A stretch of 25,383 nt of DNA, from NCBI GenBank assembly GCA_051003155.1, contig JBPCLO010000033.1, positions 1 to 25,383 on the forward strand, in the 5' to 3' direction. A model generated the notes under the pieces. The model saw only the letters and a program-made list of their open reading frames with translations. It had not been told where the DNA came from and did not search any database. The translations under genes and the position numbers were made by a program. This DNA comes from Fimbriimonadales bacterium (lineage in GTDB: Bacteria > Armatimonadota > Fimbriimonadia > Fimbriimonadales > ATM1). This document shows, piece after piece, positions 17,692 to 25,383 of the stretch (positions are counted from its first letter, which is position 1; the number at the start of each line of letters is the position of its first letter).

Positions 17692-17887
17692 AACTCAGGG
17701 TACTCCATTTCGCCGGGTACCCGGGATAAGCCAATGGAAGGGGATTCTGCGCCCGGAAGTTGTATGACGCTTATCCCGACCACGCATAACGGAGCACTCA
17801 CACGTGTCAGCCGTCCGATGGCTCACTTTTTTTCATGCCGGTTTGCACATTCGGATACAATGCTATTGGGGTCGGGAATAATTACCA

Positions 17888-18454
17888 GTGTCCAAAACGA
17901 TCGATGCAACACAACTAAGAAAGGCCCTCGGTGAAGGCGCCCGCTATCAGCTGGTGGATGTCCGAAGCCCACAGGAGTATGCGACCGGCCACGTTCCGCA
18001 AGCCATTAATCTGCCGCTAGAGCAAGTCGAGACTCGCCTTGACGACATGCACCGCCAGGATCCGCTCGTATTAATCTGCCAAAGCGGTCAACGAGCTCAA
18101 ATGGCGTGCAATCTGCTGGAGCACTACCGCGACGACATTATTCTGCTCGAAGGCGGAACAGGAGCTTGGATCAATTCCGGCCTACCGCTAATCGCCGCAA
18201 CGTCCAACCGCCTGCCGATCATCCGTCAGGTCCAACTCATCGCCGGGCCGCTGACTCTAATCGGTTCGATCTTGGCAGCGACCGTCGACGTGAGGTGGGC
18301 AATCTTAAGCGGTTTCATCGGGGCAGGCTTGACTATCGCCGGCGCGACCGGCCTTTGCGGCATGGCCTTATTGCTTGGGCAGCTGCCCTGGAACCGTGTT
18401 AGACAGTCAGAATTTGCCGGTAACACCCCCACGAGCGAAACTCGCCGGGTATAG
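17888..18454 (+). CDS. Rhodanese domain + DUF2892 membrane protein (YgaP-like)
   Basis: LVDVRSPQEYATGHVP, active-site CQSGQRA, LEGGTGAW, then RQVQLIAG...GFIGAGL..AGATGLCGMALLLGQLPWN. Confidence 0.9.
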   Translation: MSKTIDATQLRKALGEGARYQLVDVRSPQEYATGHVPQAINLPLEQVETRLDDMHRQDPLVLICQSGQRAQMACNLLEHYRDDIILLEGGTGAWINSGLPLIAATSNRLPIIRQVQLIAGPLTLIGSILAATVDVRWAILSGFIGAGLTIAGATGLCGMALLLGQLPWNRVRQSEFAGNTPTSETRRV

Positions 18455-18474
18455 CGAGGCAACAATCTCCGAAT

Positions 18475-19464
18475 ATGCCGAAAGCCGTTCACTGTCGCAT
18501 CGACGCAGTAATCGCGACCAAGTCTAACCAGGCGGTCGTCTTTCGGCGCGGGCCGTCGAAGCGTTGTCAGATGCTCGTCTGGGATATGTCCACCGACGAA
18601 TTGCGCGCCGGCCGATGGCTGAGCGGGCACGTCTACACCAAACGCTGCGATGTCAGCCCCGATGGCCGCTATGTCGTGATTGCCGCGACGAACTACGCAC
18701 CATCTCACGGTAAGCGAAATGTTCACCCTCTGCCGGAGCAGGGGACGGCTTGCGGTTGGACCGCAATAAGCAGGCCACCATACTATTCGGCGCTGGCCCT
18801 GTGGTTCACCGGCTGCGCATGGAACGGCGGAGGCATCTGGCGCTCAGAAAAGCAACTAAGTGTGAACGAGTTCGAGTATCTCTGGCACGAAGCTCTCGCT
18901 CCGGCGCGATCGATCAAGGTGAAATCTTTGGGGTTGCCATCCTCGGAAGACGAGCCGATTTTTTCGATGCGGCTCAAGCGGAGGGGATGGTTAGACCGCA
19001 GGCAGGAACGGACAGTGATCACCAACGAGGACTGGCAGGAGCACGCCAACTCGCTCAACTCACGGAACCTGCCAACTGAGGCTTCGATGCTGGATCCCTC
19101 GTTCATGGAGGAAATGGAAGCGTTCATGAGGGACCTGGAAAATTCCATCCCGAAGTATCGTACCGATGTCACCGGCATTAAGGAGAAGCCGTTCCGAAGT
19201 GGATTCCTAAGGCGCGAGACGTCCGCCGTCGGGGATCGTTGGAGCGCACACAACGATTCGGGCGCGGAGGTCAAGTCCTGGAAACCTCCTATGTGGCAGC
19301 CGCAGTGGCTCGACGTCGACGGGCGGGGCAGGATCGTCTTCGCTGAAGGGGGGTGTCTCTGGGCCTGGAACCGCTTCCCTGATGGCGACCCGACCCTGAT
19401 CGCGGACTTGGACCTTGAAGCGTTCAGGAAAGTCCCTCCTCCCGAATGGGCACTGTCGTGGTGA
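18475..19464 (+). CDS. Conserved hypothetical protein (beta-propeller-like, Trp-rich)
   Basis: 329-aa ORF with AVVFRRGPSK, RCDVSPDG, WTAISRPPYYSALALW, GGG. Function not recognised. Confidence 0.75.
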   Translation: MPKAVHCRIDAVIATKSNQAVVFRRGPSKRCQMLVWDMSTDELRAGRWLSGHVYTKRCDVSPDGRYVVIAATNYAPSHGKRNVHPLPEQGTACGWTAISRPPYYSALALWFTGCAWNGGGIWRSEKQLSVNEFEYLWHEALAPARSIKVKSLGLPSSEDEPIFSMRLKRRGWLDRRQERTVITNEDWQEHANSLNSRNLPTEASMLDPSFMEEMEAFMRDLENSIPKYRTDVTGIKEKPFRSGFLRRETSAVGDRWSAHNDSGAEVKSWKPPMWQPQWLDVDGRGRIVFAEGGCLWAWNRFPDGDPTLIADLDLEAFRKVPPPEWALSW

Positions 19465-19552
19465 CGTTCGCGATTCGATTCAAAAGCAAGAGACGGAGTG
19501 TTATGGTCTGTGGCCCGCGTCAACATATAGCCACCTAACAAAGGAGGCGATA

Positions 19553-20593
19553 ATGAACGCAGTGCTAACCAAGTCCCAAGCGACGGAGCAAGACCCGAGA
19601 TGGCAGGCGGTCTTGAACCGCGACAGCGCGTTCGACGGCGAATTCTACTACTCGGTCAAAACGACCGGCGTTTACTGCAAGCCGTCTTGCGCGGCGCGGC
19701 CGGCTAAGCCTGAACACGTGGGGTTCCACCTCAAGCGGGAGGACGCCGAGCGCGCGGGATTCCGACCCTGCAAGCGGGGCAAGCCCGACCAGCCGCCCAT
19801 GGCTGAGCAATATGCGGCCAAGATAGCCGGAATCTGCAGGCTTATCGGATCACAGGACGAGATCGCGACACTCGACGAATTGGCCAGGGCAGCGGACATG
19901 AGCCCTTACTACTTTCACCGAATCTTCAAGTCTATAACCGGAGTCACGCCCAAGGCCTATGCGGACGCGGCCAACGAGCATTCGATCTCCGAGACGATCT
20001 ACGAGGCCGGCTTCAATTCTAGCGGAAGGTTCTACGAAACGACGAACCAGATGCTCGGCATGAGGCCCAAGGATTACCGCGCGGGCGGAGCTAACATGGT
20101 GATCCACTTCGCTGTCGGGGAATGCTCCCTCGGTTCGATCCTGGTCGCCAAGAGCGAAAGAGGAGTTTGCGCGATTCTGCTTGGCGATGATCCCGACGCG
20201 CACGTCCGAGACCTCCAGGACCGGTTCCCAAGGGCTGACCTCGTCGGCGGCGACGAGGGTTTCGAGAGGCTGGTCGCAAAGGTGGTCGGCTACGTCGAAG
20301 CGCCAGGAAAAGGCCTCGACCTGCCGCTCGACATTCGCGGGACGGCATTCCAGCAGCGCGTTTGGAACGCCCTCCGGGAGATACCTTCCGGCTCCACCGC
20401 CAGCTATTCCGACATCGCCAACCGCATCGGCGCACCGAAATCGGTCCGCGCGGTTGCGCAAGCATGCGCCGCGAACTCGATCGCGGTCGCTATCCCCTGT
20501 CACCGCGTCGTAATGACCGACGGCAGCCTCTCGGGATATCGCTGGGGAATCGGGCGCAAACGCGCCTTGCTCGACAACGAGTCCGCGGCATGA
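19553..20593 (+). CDS. ada: Bifunctional Ada regulator / O6-methylguanine-DNA methyltransferase (degenerate regulator domain)
   Basis: AAGGAGG RBS; VKTTGVYCKPSC, GFRPCKR, AraC HTH SPYYFHRIFK, GTAFQQRVW, IPCHRV, YRWG. Confidence 0.93.
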   Translation: MNAVLTKSQATEQDPRWQAVLNRDSAFDGEFYYSVKTTGVYCKPSCAARPAKPEHVGFHLKREDAERAGFRPCKRGKPDQPPMAEQYAAKIAGICRLIGSQDEIATLDELARAADMSPYYFHRIFKSITGVTPKAYADAANEHSISETIYEAGFNSSGRFYETTNQMLGMRPKDYRAGGANMVIHFAVGECSLGSILVAKSERGVCAILLGDDPDAHVRDLQDRFPRADLVGGDEGFERLVAKVVGYVEAPGKGLDLPLDIRGTAFQQRVWNALREIPSGSTASYSDIANRIGAPKSVRAVAQACAANSIAVAIPCHRVVMTDGSLSGYRWGIGRKRALLDNESAA

Positions 20594-20730
20594 CCGCGGT
20601 GCTAACAACATATAAAGGCTTGGCCAAGCTCGACTGGGCCCGAAAAACGAGCGACCTCGGCGAGTATGGCTACGCGGTTCTCGATAGGTGCTCACACCAG
20701 AGGGATGCCAATTGATCGCGGCCATGTATG
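20590..20730 (+). pseudogene. 5' remnant of the 2OG-Fe(II) oxygenase (DUF2086-like) that commonly follows ada
   Basis: ATGA overlap with the ada stop. LDW...DLGEYGYAVLDR, a frameshift at about 20688, VLTPEGCQLIAAMY, then similarity is lost. Confidence 0.6.
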
Positions 20731-21136
20731 TCCATGTTCAAATCCGCAAGTTGGGCGGCCAGTGGGAGGTACCGACCCCTCCGGGCTGTGCAACACGAAC
20801 CCGGCCAAGCCCGCAGACTTCGTCCCCGAGAACCCCGTCGCAAAGCTCGATTTTCTCGCAGGAATGGCCTCGAGCAAATACGAAGCGCAGAGCGCGTTGA
20901 AAGAATCGGGGGTCTACGGAAGGGCGATTCCTAGACGACACGACGCAGCGAGTCGAGCGCGGGCTCGGCGCGCCCGCGCCGGGGGAAGACGTTTCGGCGC
21001 CGGCTGCGGCGATCGGGCCTTACTTTAGCCGCGTTCCGAAGCTCAGATCGTGACCAACGGATCAGGCTAACCGTACGGCAATAGGGTATAAACATATCTC
21101 TGCTGTTGGCAGAAGACCTAACCCAAGGAGGCTCAC

Positions 21137-21196
21137 ATGATGAACATTGAAACCTACACCCAATCCGCACTCGCCTCCGGTGCCGCGGCCGCTTAG
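21137..21196 (+). CDS. 19-aa small ORF / possible leader peptide upstream of rsgA
   Basis: AAGGAGG RBS, then MMNIETYTQSALASGAAAA-stop, followed by a GC-rich stem at 21221-21260. Confidence 0.45.
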   Translation: MMNIETYTQSALASGAAAA

Positions 21197-21324
21197 GCCG
21201 AATTACTCGTCTTTACGCCTCACGCGCCGGAACTCGCCGGTTCGCGCTTCAGCGCGCGTGTCAAAAGGCAAGGAAAATTTGAATAGCAAAAACCCAGCGC
21301 ATTCTCGCGCAAAAACTCTCGGAC

Positions 21325-22311
21325 ATGGATGGAAACGAGCGGCGCACGCTCTACAAGCAGGCCGCGAAAGTGAAGAAACACACACGGTCGAAAAACGGCA
21401 AGCCGGATTCGCTCGACGAAATTGTGCTCGGACTGCTCGAGCAAGAGGAAGCGATCGTATCTAGCGACGGACCGGCCTCGACCGGAACCGTCGTCTGGGT
21501 CGGACGCAAGACCTGCCGCGTCGACTCGGACGAATGCGCGCTGAACGGCCATCGGGTTGCGGTCGGAGACTCGGTCGTTTACTCGGAAGACAGGGTGCAA
21601 GGCATCCTGCCAAGGAAGACCCTCCTGTCCCGGCCGGACCCCGGTAACCCCAACACGGAGCTGCCGATAGCGGCGAATATCGACCTCGTGGTCATCGTCG
21701 TTTCGGCCCTGTCGCCTCCGCTCCACGTCCGGATCATCGATCGCTACCTCATCGCCATCGAGCGCAGTTGGGCCCAGGCGGCGCTCGTCGTAAACAAGCT
21801 CGATCTTCTCGAAGCAGCCGAGCGGGCCGAAGAGCTTTCCAAGCTGTCCGCCTATCGTGACGTCGGCATCCCGATCATCCTTGCTTCGGCCGAATCGGGC
21901 GAAGGCATCCGCGCGGTGCGTGAGTTGGTGTGTGGCAAGCTTTGCGCCTTCGTCGGGCATAGCGGCGTGGGCAAGTCTTCCCTGCTGAACGCCCTCGATC
22001 CAGGCCTCGCCGAACTCACCGGCCCGGTCAGCGAAGGCTACGGCCGTGGCCGCCACACGACCACCTGGTCGAGCTTGCACAAACTGGAGGACGGAACGCG
22101 AATCATCGACACGCCGGGAATACGAAGCCTCGGTTTGGGTGAGCTAACCCCGCAAGAACTAAGGTGGCACTTCCCCGAGTTCGACGAAGCCCGCTGCAAG
22201 TTCTCCGACTGCACGCACACGCATGAACCGGATTGCGGGGTTAAGGCGAGCGTGGGGAGGCGAATCAAACCGGAACGATACGACACCTACGTCCGGCTAC
22301 TGACCCGTTAG
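21325..22311 (+). CDS. rsgA: Ribosome small subunit-dependent GTPase A
   Basis: AVGD OB-fold, IAANID, NKLD (G4), GHSGVGKSS (G1), GRHTTT, DTPG, CKFSDCTHTHEPDC zinc site. Confidence 0.96.
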   Translation: MDGNERRTLYKQAAKVKKHTRSKNGKPDSLDEIVLGLLEQEEAIVSSDGPASTGTVVWVGRKTCRVDSDECALNGHRVAVGDSVVYSEDRVQGILPRKTLLSRPDPGNPNTELPIAANIDLVVIVVSALSPPLHVRIIDRYLIAIERSWAQAALVVNKLDLLEAAERAEELSKLSAYRDVGIPIILASAESGEGIRAVRELVCGKLCAFVGHSGVGKSSLLNALDPGLAELTGPVSEGYGRGRHTTTWSSLHKLEDGTRIIDTPGIRSLGLGELTPQELRWHFPEFDEARCKFSDCTHTHEPDCGVKASVGRRIKPERYDTYVRLLTR

Positions 22312-22792
22312 ACGGAATCTCGCCTCATCTCTTCAGGATTCTATCCGTCAACTGCTTGCAGTTTAGCGTGGCGCGCAAGCCTCCACGCCAGGTAGTGGAG
22401 GCATAAAGATCTGCCTTGCAAGCGAGGATCGCCTTCCCCCAAATCCTGGAACGAAAAAAATGCCCTGGGTGAAACTTACTTGAGCTTTGGCGCGAGGGTC
22501 AGAGTGGAGCCCTGGAGCCGCCCCATCGCCGGATTCTAAAGATCCATTTGCGGACGAGGGACGATCAGGCGCCCTGATCATGCTCCGGGGACTCCGTTTG
22601 TGCTCCAACAGACTCGGTTTGTGCGCAATCGACCCTGGTCGACCTTAAACGGCACGATCAGGAGCATCATCTCCTGCAGGTGTTGCGAGTCTGATTGCGG
22701 AATCTCCTTTCCCGGAATCGGGAAGACATTTTGCAGCCTAGAATTGCTCCTTTAGGCTACCAGACAAATTACCCTGGACATCGTGGCAGTCC

Positions 22793-23443
22793 TCAGATCG
22801 GCAGAGCAGATCGGACCGAAGGATCAAGCTTCAGGCTGATCGCGAGCCCGTCGTCGACTGGGTCGAGGAAGGTCGCCAACTCGGGATGTTCGAAAGCCAG
22901 ACGGTTGTATTCTCGAATACCCTGGGTCGTCTCGTCCGTTTCGCTTGGATCGGCAACACGGTTGCTCCAAGTCGCATTGTGCGTAAGGATGACGCCGCCG
23001 ATTCGGAGTTTCGGAACGGCCGCCTCTAGTGCCTTGGGATAATCCTGCTTGTCTATGTCGATCAAGATCACGTCGTAGAGGCCGTCGTCTTCACGGAGCA
23101 GAGCGATCGCATTTCCCGTCAGGAACCGAATCCGGCCGCTCATGCCTGCGCGCGCGATGTATTCCTTCGCCTGTTCCGTGTTCGCCGGATCGCCGTCCGT
23201 ATGCGTCACGTGGCCGAGCGGCCCGACGGCATGGCCAAACCACACCGTCGAATACCCGAAGCCCGAGCCCATTTCGAAGACCTCGCTCGCCCCGACCATC
23301 ATCGCGAAAATCATCAGCCGGCGCCCGCACTGTGCCCCGATGATGGGAAACTCCTTGTCGCGGGCCCCTTGCTCCATCTCCGCGAGCAAATCTCCGCGGC
23401 TCCTCTCTAGGTCCTTCAAGTACTGCTGAATCGGTATGTCCAC
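22793..23443 (-). CDS. O-methyltransferase (COMT/CCoAOMT-like, Methyltransf_3)
   Basis: FPIIG, EMGSGFGYS, DVILIDIDKQDY, GGVILTHN, DGLAI. GTG start at 23443. Confidence 0.9.
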   Translation of the reverse strand: MDIPIQQYLKDLERSRGDLLAEMEQGARDKEFPIIGAQCGRRLMIFAMMVGASEVFEMGSGFGYSTVWFGHAVGPLGHVTHTDGDPANTEQAKEYIARAGMSGRIRFLTGNAIALLREDDGLYDVILIDIDKQDYPKALEAAVPKLRIGGVILTHNATWSNRVADPSETDETTQGIREYNRLAFEHPELATFLDPVDDGLAISLKLDPSVRSALPI

Positions 23444-23453
23444 GTGGGGGAGT

Positions 23454-23989
23454 TTATCCGCGATGGGCCGGGCGCCATTGTGTGAGAAGCTCATACCTCG
23501 CCGGGCCGCTGCCGAGAATGCTTTGGTAAAGGACCAACCGGTCGAGAACGAACGGGACGCTCGGAGGCATTAGATCGGGGGGAATCGTTATGGCTTCCTC
23601 ATCCTCGCAATCGTAATATGCAAGTTCGGTGCACGCCGATTCCGGAGGTCGGCGTTGTGTCGCCTCATCGCCAGCCGGTTTAACCGGCGGTCGAGCCTCA
23701 GGAGTTCGCCGGGAGGGGTCTTCAAGCTCACACCGATGGCCGACCTGCCGTACAGCTTGACCTTGTCGGATATCGCCTGCACGGGTTCCCACTCGACTCG
23801 ATGAGTCAACTCTTCGAGGACGGCTTGGCGCTCGGCGTCCACTTGCCCGTAGAAGACGAGCGTTACGTGGTAGTTCTCGGGAGGCACGAGCCGAAGGCTG
23901 TCCGTATCGAGCGTTTCCGACGCCCACTCATGCAGTTCCGCCGCCACGCTCTTCGGAACCGGGCATCCGAAGAAAAGTCGAGCCTCCAT
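23454..23989 (-). pseudogene. thpR: RNA 2',3'-cyclic phosphodiesterase (2H family), frameshifted near 23592
   Basis: RLFF, ENYHVTLVF and LHITIAR (two HxT motifs). The C-terminus FVLDRLVLYQSILGSGPARYE is in the adjacent frame; one base is missing. Confidence 0.85.
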
Positions 23990-24013
23990 GCCCTTGATTC
24001 TATACTCCCACCG
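23990..24013. promoter_or_regulatory. Bidirectional overlapping -10 elements for two leaderless genes
   Basis: Plus-strand TATACT (24001-24006) + 7 nt + ATG 24014; minus-strand TAGAAT (24002-23997) + 7 nt + ATG 23989. Confidence 0.7.
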
Positions 24014-24742
24014 ATGGAACATAGGATCGAGCTTCTCGCCAAACAGTGGGGGTTCATAGCAGAAGCGGAACTGCCCGGCGGCCACTGCTCGAAGGTCTAC
24101 GCCGACGCGACCCGCGTCCTGAAGGCTCCATTCCGAGGCGAAGAGCTTGAATCCGGCTTCGTCGCCGCGTTGCGGATTGCGGGCAAGCGCGGTCCGAGGG
24201 TGTTTCAAAGCGACACCGGCACAAGCGGTATTCTGATGGAGCGCCTCATCCCCGGCACGCCGGTGGGCGAGAGCCTTCCCGATGAAGATGCCCTGGAGAT
24301 AACGGCTGAATTCGCTCGCGCGATGTGGTGCGAGGAAACCTCGGGCTGCCTACCTCTGGCTGCATTCGTCGGGACCGGCGACCCTCTCGCCCGCGAACTC
24401 TTGGCGACGACCGAGCGCGAAGTCTTCCTCCACGGCGACCTGCACCAATTCAACATCCTTCGCCACGGCGATAGGTGGGTGGTTATCGACCCTAAAGGCG
24501 TCGTGGGCGACCCCGCATTCGAGCCCACCGCTTTCCTGCGAAATCCGTTGGAGACGATCTCGAACCTGTCAGATCCCGAATCGATCCTTCGTCAGAGAAT
24601 CGCGCGTTTTGCGCAAAAGCTCGATCTCGACCCATGGCGTATCTGCGCATGGAGTCTGGTCGATGTGCGATCCTGGGCGGATGAAACGTGGCATCGAACC
24701 GTAACGGCGTTAGAAAGAATCGAGAAGAGTTACCATTTGTAG
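24014..24742 (+). CDS. Aminoglycoside/hydroxyurea phosphotransferase-like kinase (APH(6)-like)
   Basis: VLK, LMERLIPG, LHGDLHQFNIL, WVVIDPKGVVGDPAFE. Confidence 0.88.
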   Translation: MEHRIELLAKQWGFIAEAELPGGHCSKVYADATRVLKAPFRGEELESGFVAALRIAGKRGPRVFQSDTGTSGILMERLIPGTPVGESLPDEDALEITAEFARAMWCEETSGCLPLAAFVGTGDPLARELLATTEREVFLHGDLHQFNILRHGDRWVVIDPKGVVGDPAFEPTAFLRNPLETISNLSDPESILRQRIARFAQKLDLDPWRICAWSLVDVRSWADETWHRTVTALERIEKSYHL

Positions 24743-25212
24743 GGGTCGTCGCCGCGCGACCACAGATACGAAACGAGCTGCCCCACGTGGTACCACTCGT
24801 GTTGAGCCAGACTGCGAAAGACCTCGCTCGGCTGAATCTCGGGCTGGCCCAGGGACTCGAACCACCCTTCCGGCATTGGTACGGGCGTCTCGAGATCCTC
24901 CTCAGCAAGTGAGTCCATAAAAACTAGTGTGCTCGCCCTCACCTCGTCGAGCGCCTCCTTCATACCTGCAAGGGAAAGACCGCGGTCTCCGAACTCGTTG
25001 GCAACCTCGAACGAGATTTGCTTTTGATCGAGCAGCCACGCCATAAGCTGGCGTTCCGTGCCGGCGATCTCCGCAAGCTGCCCTGCGATGGTCCGCATTC
25101 CCCTACTCGGCGCCCACGGCAGATCCTCGTCTTTCAGTCGCCCGAGAACCTCGTACAGGTCGGCTCGCACTAAAGCCATCCGCGCATTCAGTCTCTGATG
25201 AAGGCCGGCCAT
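24730..25212 (-). CDS. DinB/YfiT-like family protein
   Basis: DLPWAPSRGMRTIAGQLAEIA...QHEWYHVGQLVSYL. Confidence 0.85.
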   Translation of the reverse strand: MAGLHQRLNARMALVRADLYEVLGRLKDEDLPWAPSRGMRTIAGQLAEIAGTERQLMAWLLDQKQISFEVANEFGDRGLSLAGMKEALDEVRASTLVFMDSLAEEDLETPVPMPEGWFESLGQPEIQPSEVFRSLAQHEWYHVGQLVSYLWSRGDDPYKW

Positions 25213-25216
25213 ACAG

Positions 25217-25287
25217 CTACAGGTCCTCGCCCAAGCCAGGGCCGTAAAGCCGTTTCATAAACGCCTGATACTCGGGCTTGGGGGCCA
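25217..25287 (-). CDS. 3' end of an unidentified gene running off the low-quality window end
   Basis: VAPKPEYQAFMKRLYGPGLGEDL-stop ends 4 bp before the DinB-family start; upstream sequence is a homopolymer. Confidence 0.4.
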
Positions 25288-25306
25288 CCCCCCCCCCCCC
25301 CCCCCC
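25288..25306. repeat. C19 homopolymer, probably a sequencing or assembly artefact
   Basis: 19 consecutive C near the window end, with further C-rich sequence after it. Confidence 0.7.
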
Positions 25307-25383
25307 GCGGTTGGCGTCCCCACCCACCGCCTCCCCCCACCCTTCCTCGCACACAAAATCCAGAGCTCCAACAATCCCCCGCC

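Noticed and set aside
16344..17934. Long tracked ORFs 16344..17111, 17000..17482, 17311..17934
   Set aside because: Antisense or off-frame shadows of the MTase and the small proteins, with no family motifs.
20900..21260. Possible tmRNA, because the small ORF ends in AAAA-stop
   Set aside because: No tRNA-like 5' GGGG...TTCGAC or 3' TTCGA...CCACCA ends were found.
24014..24742. Streptomycin resistance gene call
   Set aside because: Only family-level kinase motifs are visible; substrate cannot be inferred and there is no mobile context.
25288..25383. Poly-C tract as a phase-variation or G-quadruplex element
   Set aside because: It lies at the sequence end amid degraded C-rich sequence, typical of a poly-G read artefact.

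Overview
GC-rich bacterial chromosomal window with about 30 genes and gene fragments, mostly accessory or housekeeping. I found no rRNA, tRNA, CRISPR array or transposase. The main hidden feature is a minus-strand gene at 6760..7587 that the ORF track breaks apart. It reads as one 275-aa two-domain thioredoxin-like protein with two in-frame UGA codons, each at a position where Cys is expected (SPT-U-GAC and PG-U-RLY) and each followed by a SECIS-like hairpin, so it is a candidate di-selenoprotein. It lies in a co-oriented ArsR / hydrolase fragment / DUF899 / selenoprotein / EEP run. That run converges on a translationally coupled operon: nucleotidyltransferase, Zn-ribbon + TIGR04222-like membrane protein with a Gly/Cys tail, DUF692 (MNIO) enzyme and a partner protein, which resembles a RiPP-type modification system. 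Other genes: PD-(D/E)XK nuclease, VanZ, DUF1360, ankyrin protein, YWTD/PEP-CTERM protein, DUF433/DUF5615 toxin-antitoxin pair, ABM, SnoaL-like cyclase, cupin, orphan DNA methyltransferase, rhodanese/DUF2892, degenerate Ada, RsgA, O-methyltransferase, ThpR, APH-like kinase and DinB-family protein. Several genes look leaderless, including a pair sharing a 24-bp bidirectional promoter. There are unannotated small ORFs, two hairpin-dense intergenic regions, and five single-base frameshifts that may be sequencing errors. All family calls come from motif recognition by eye, not database searches.
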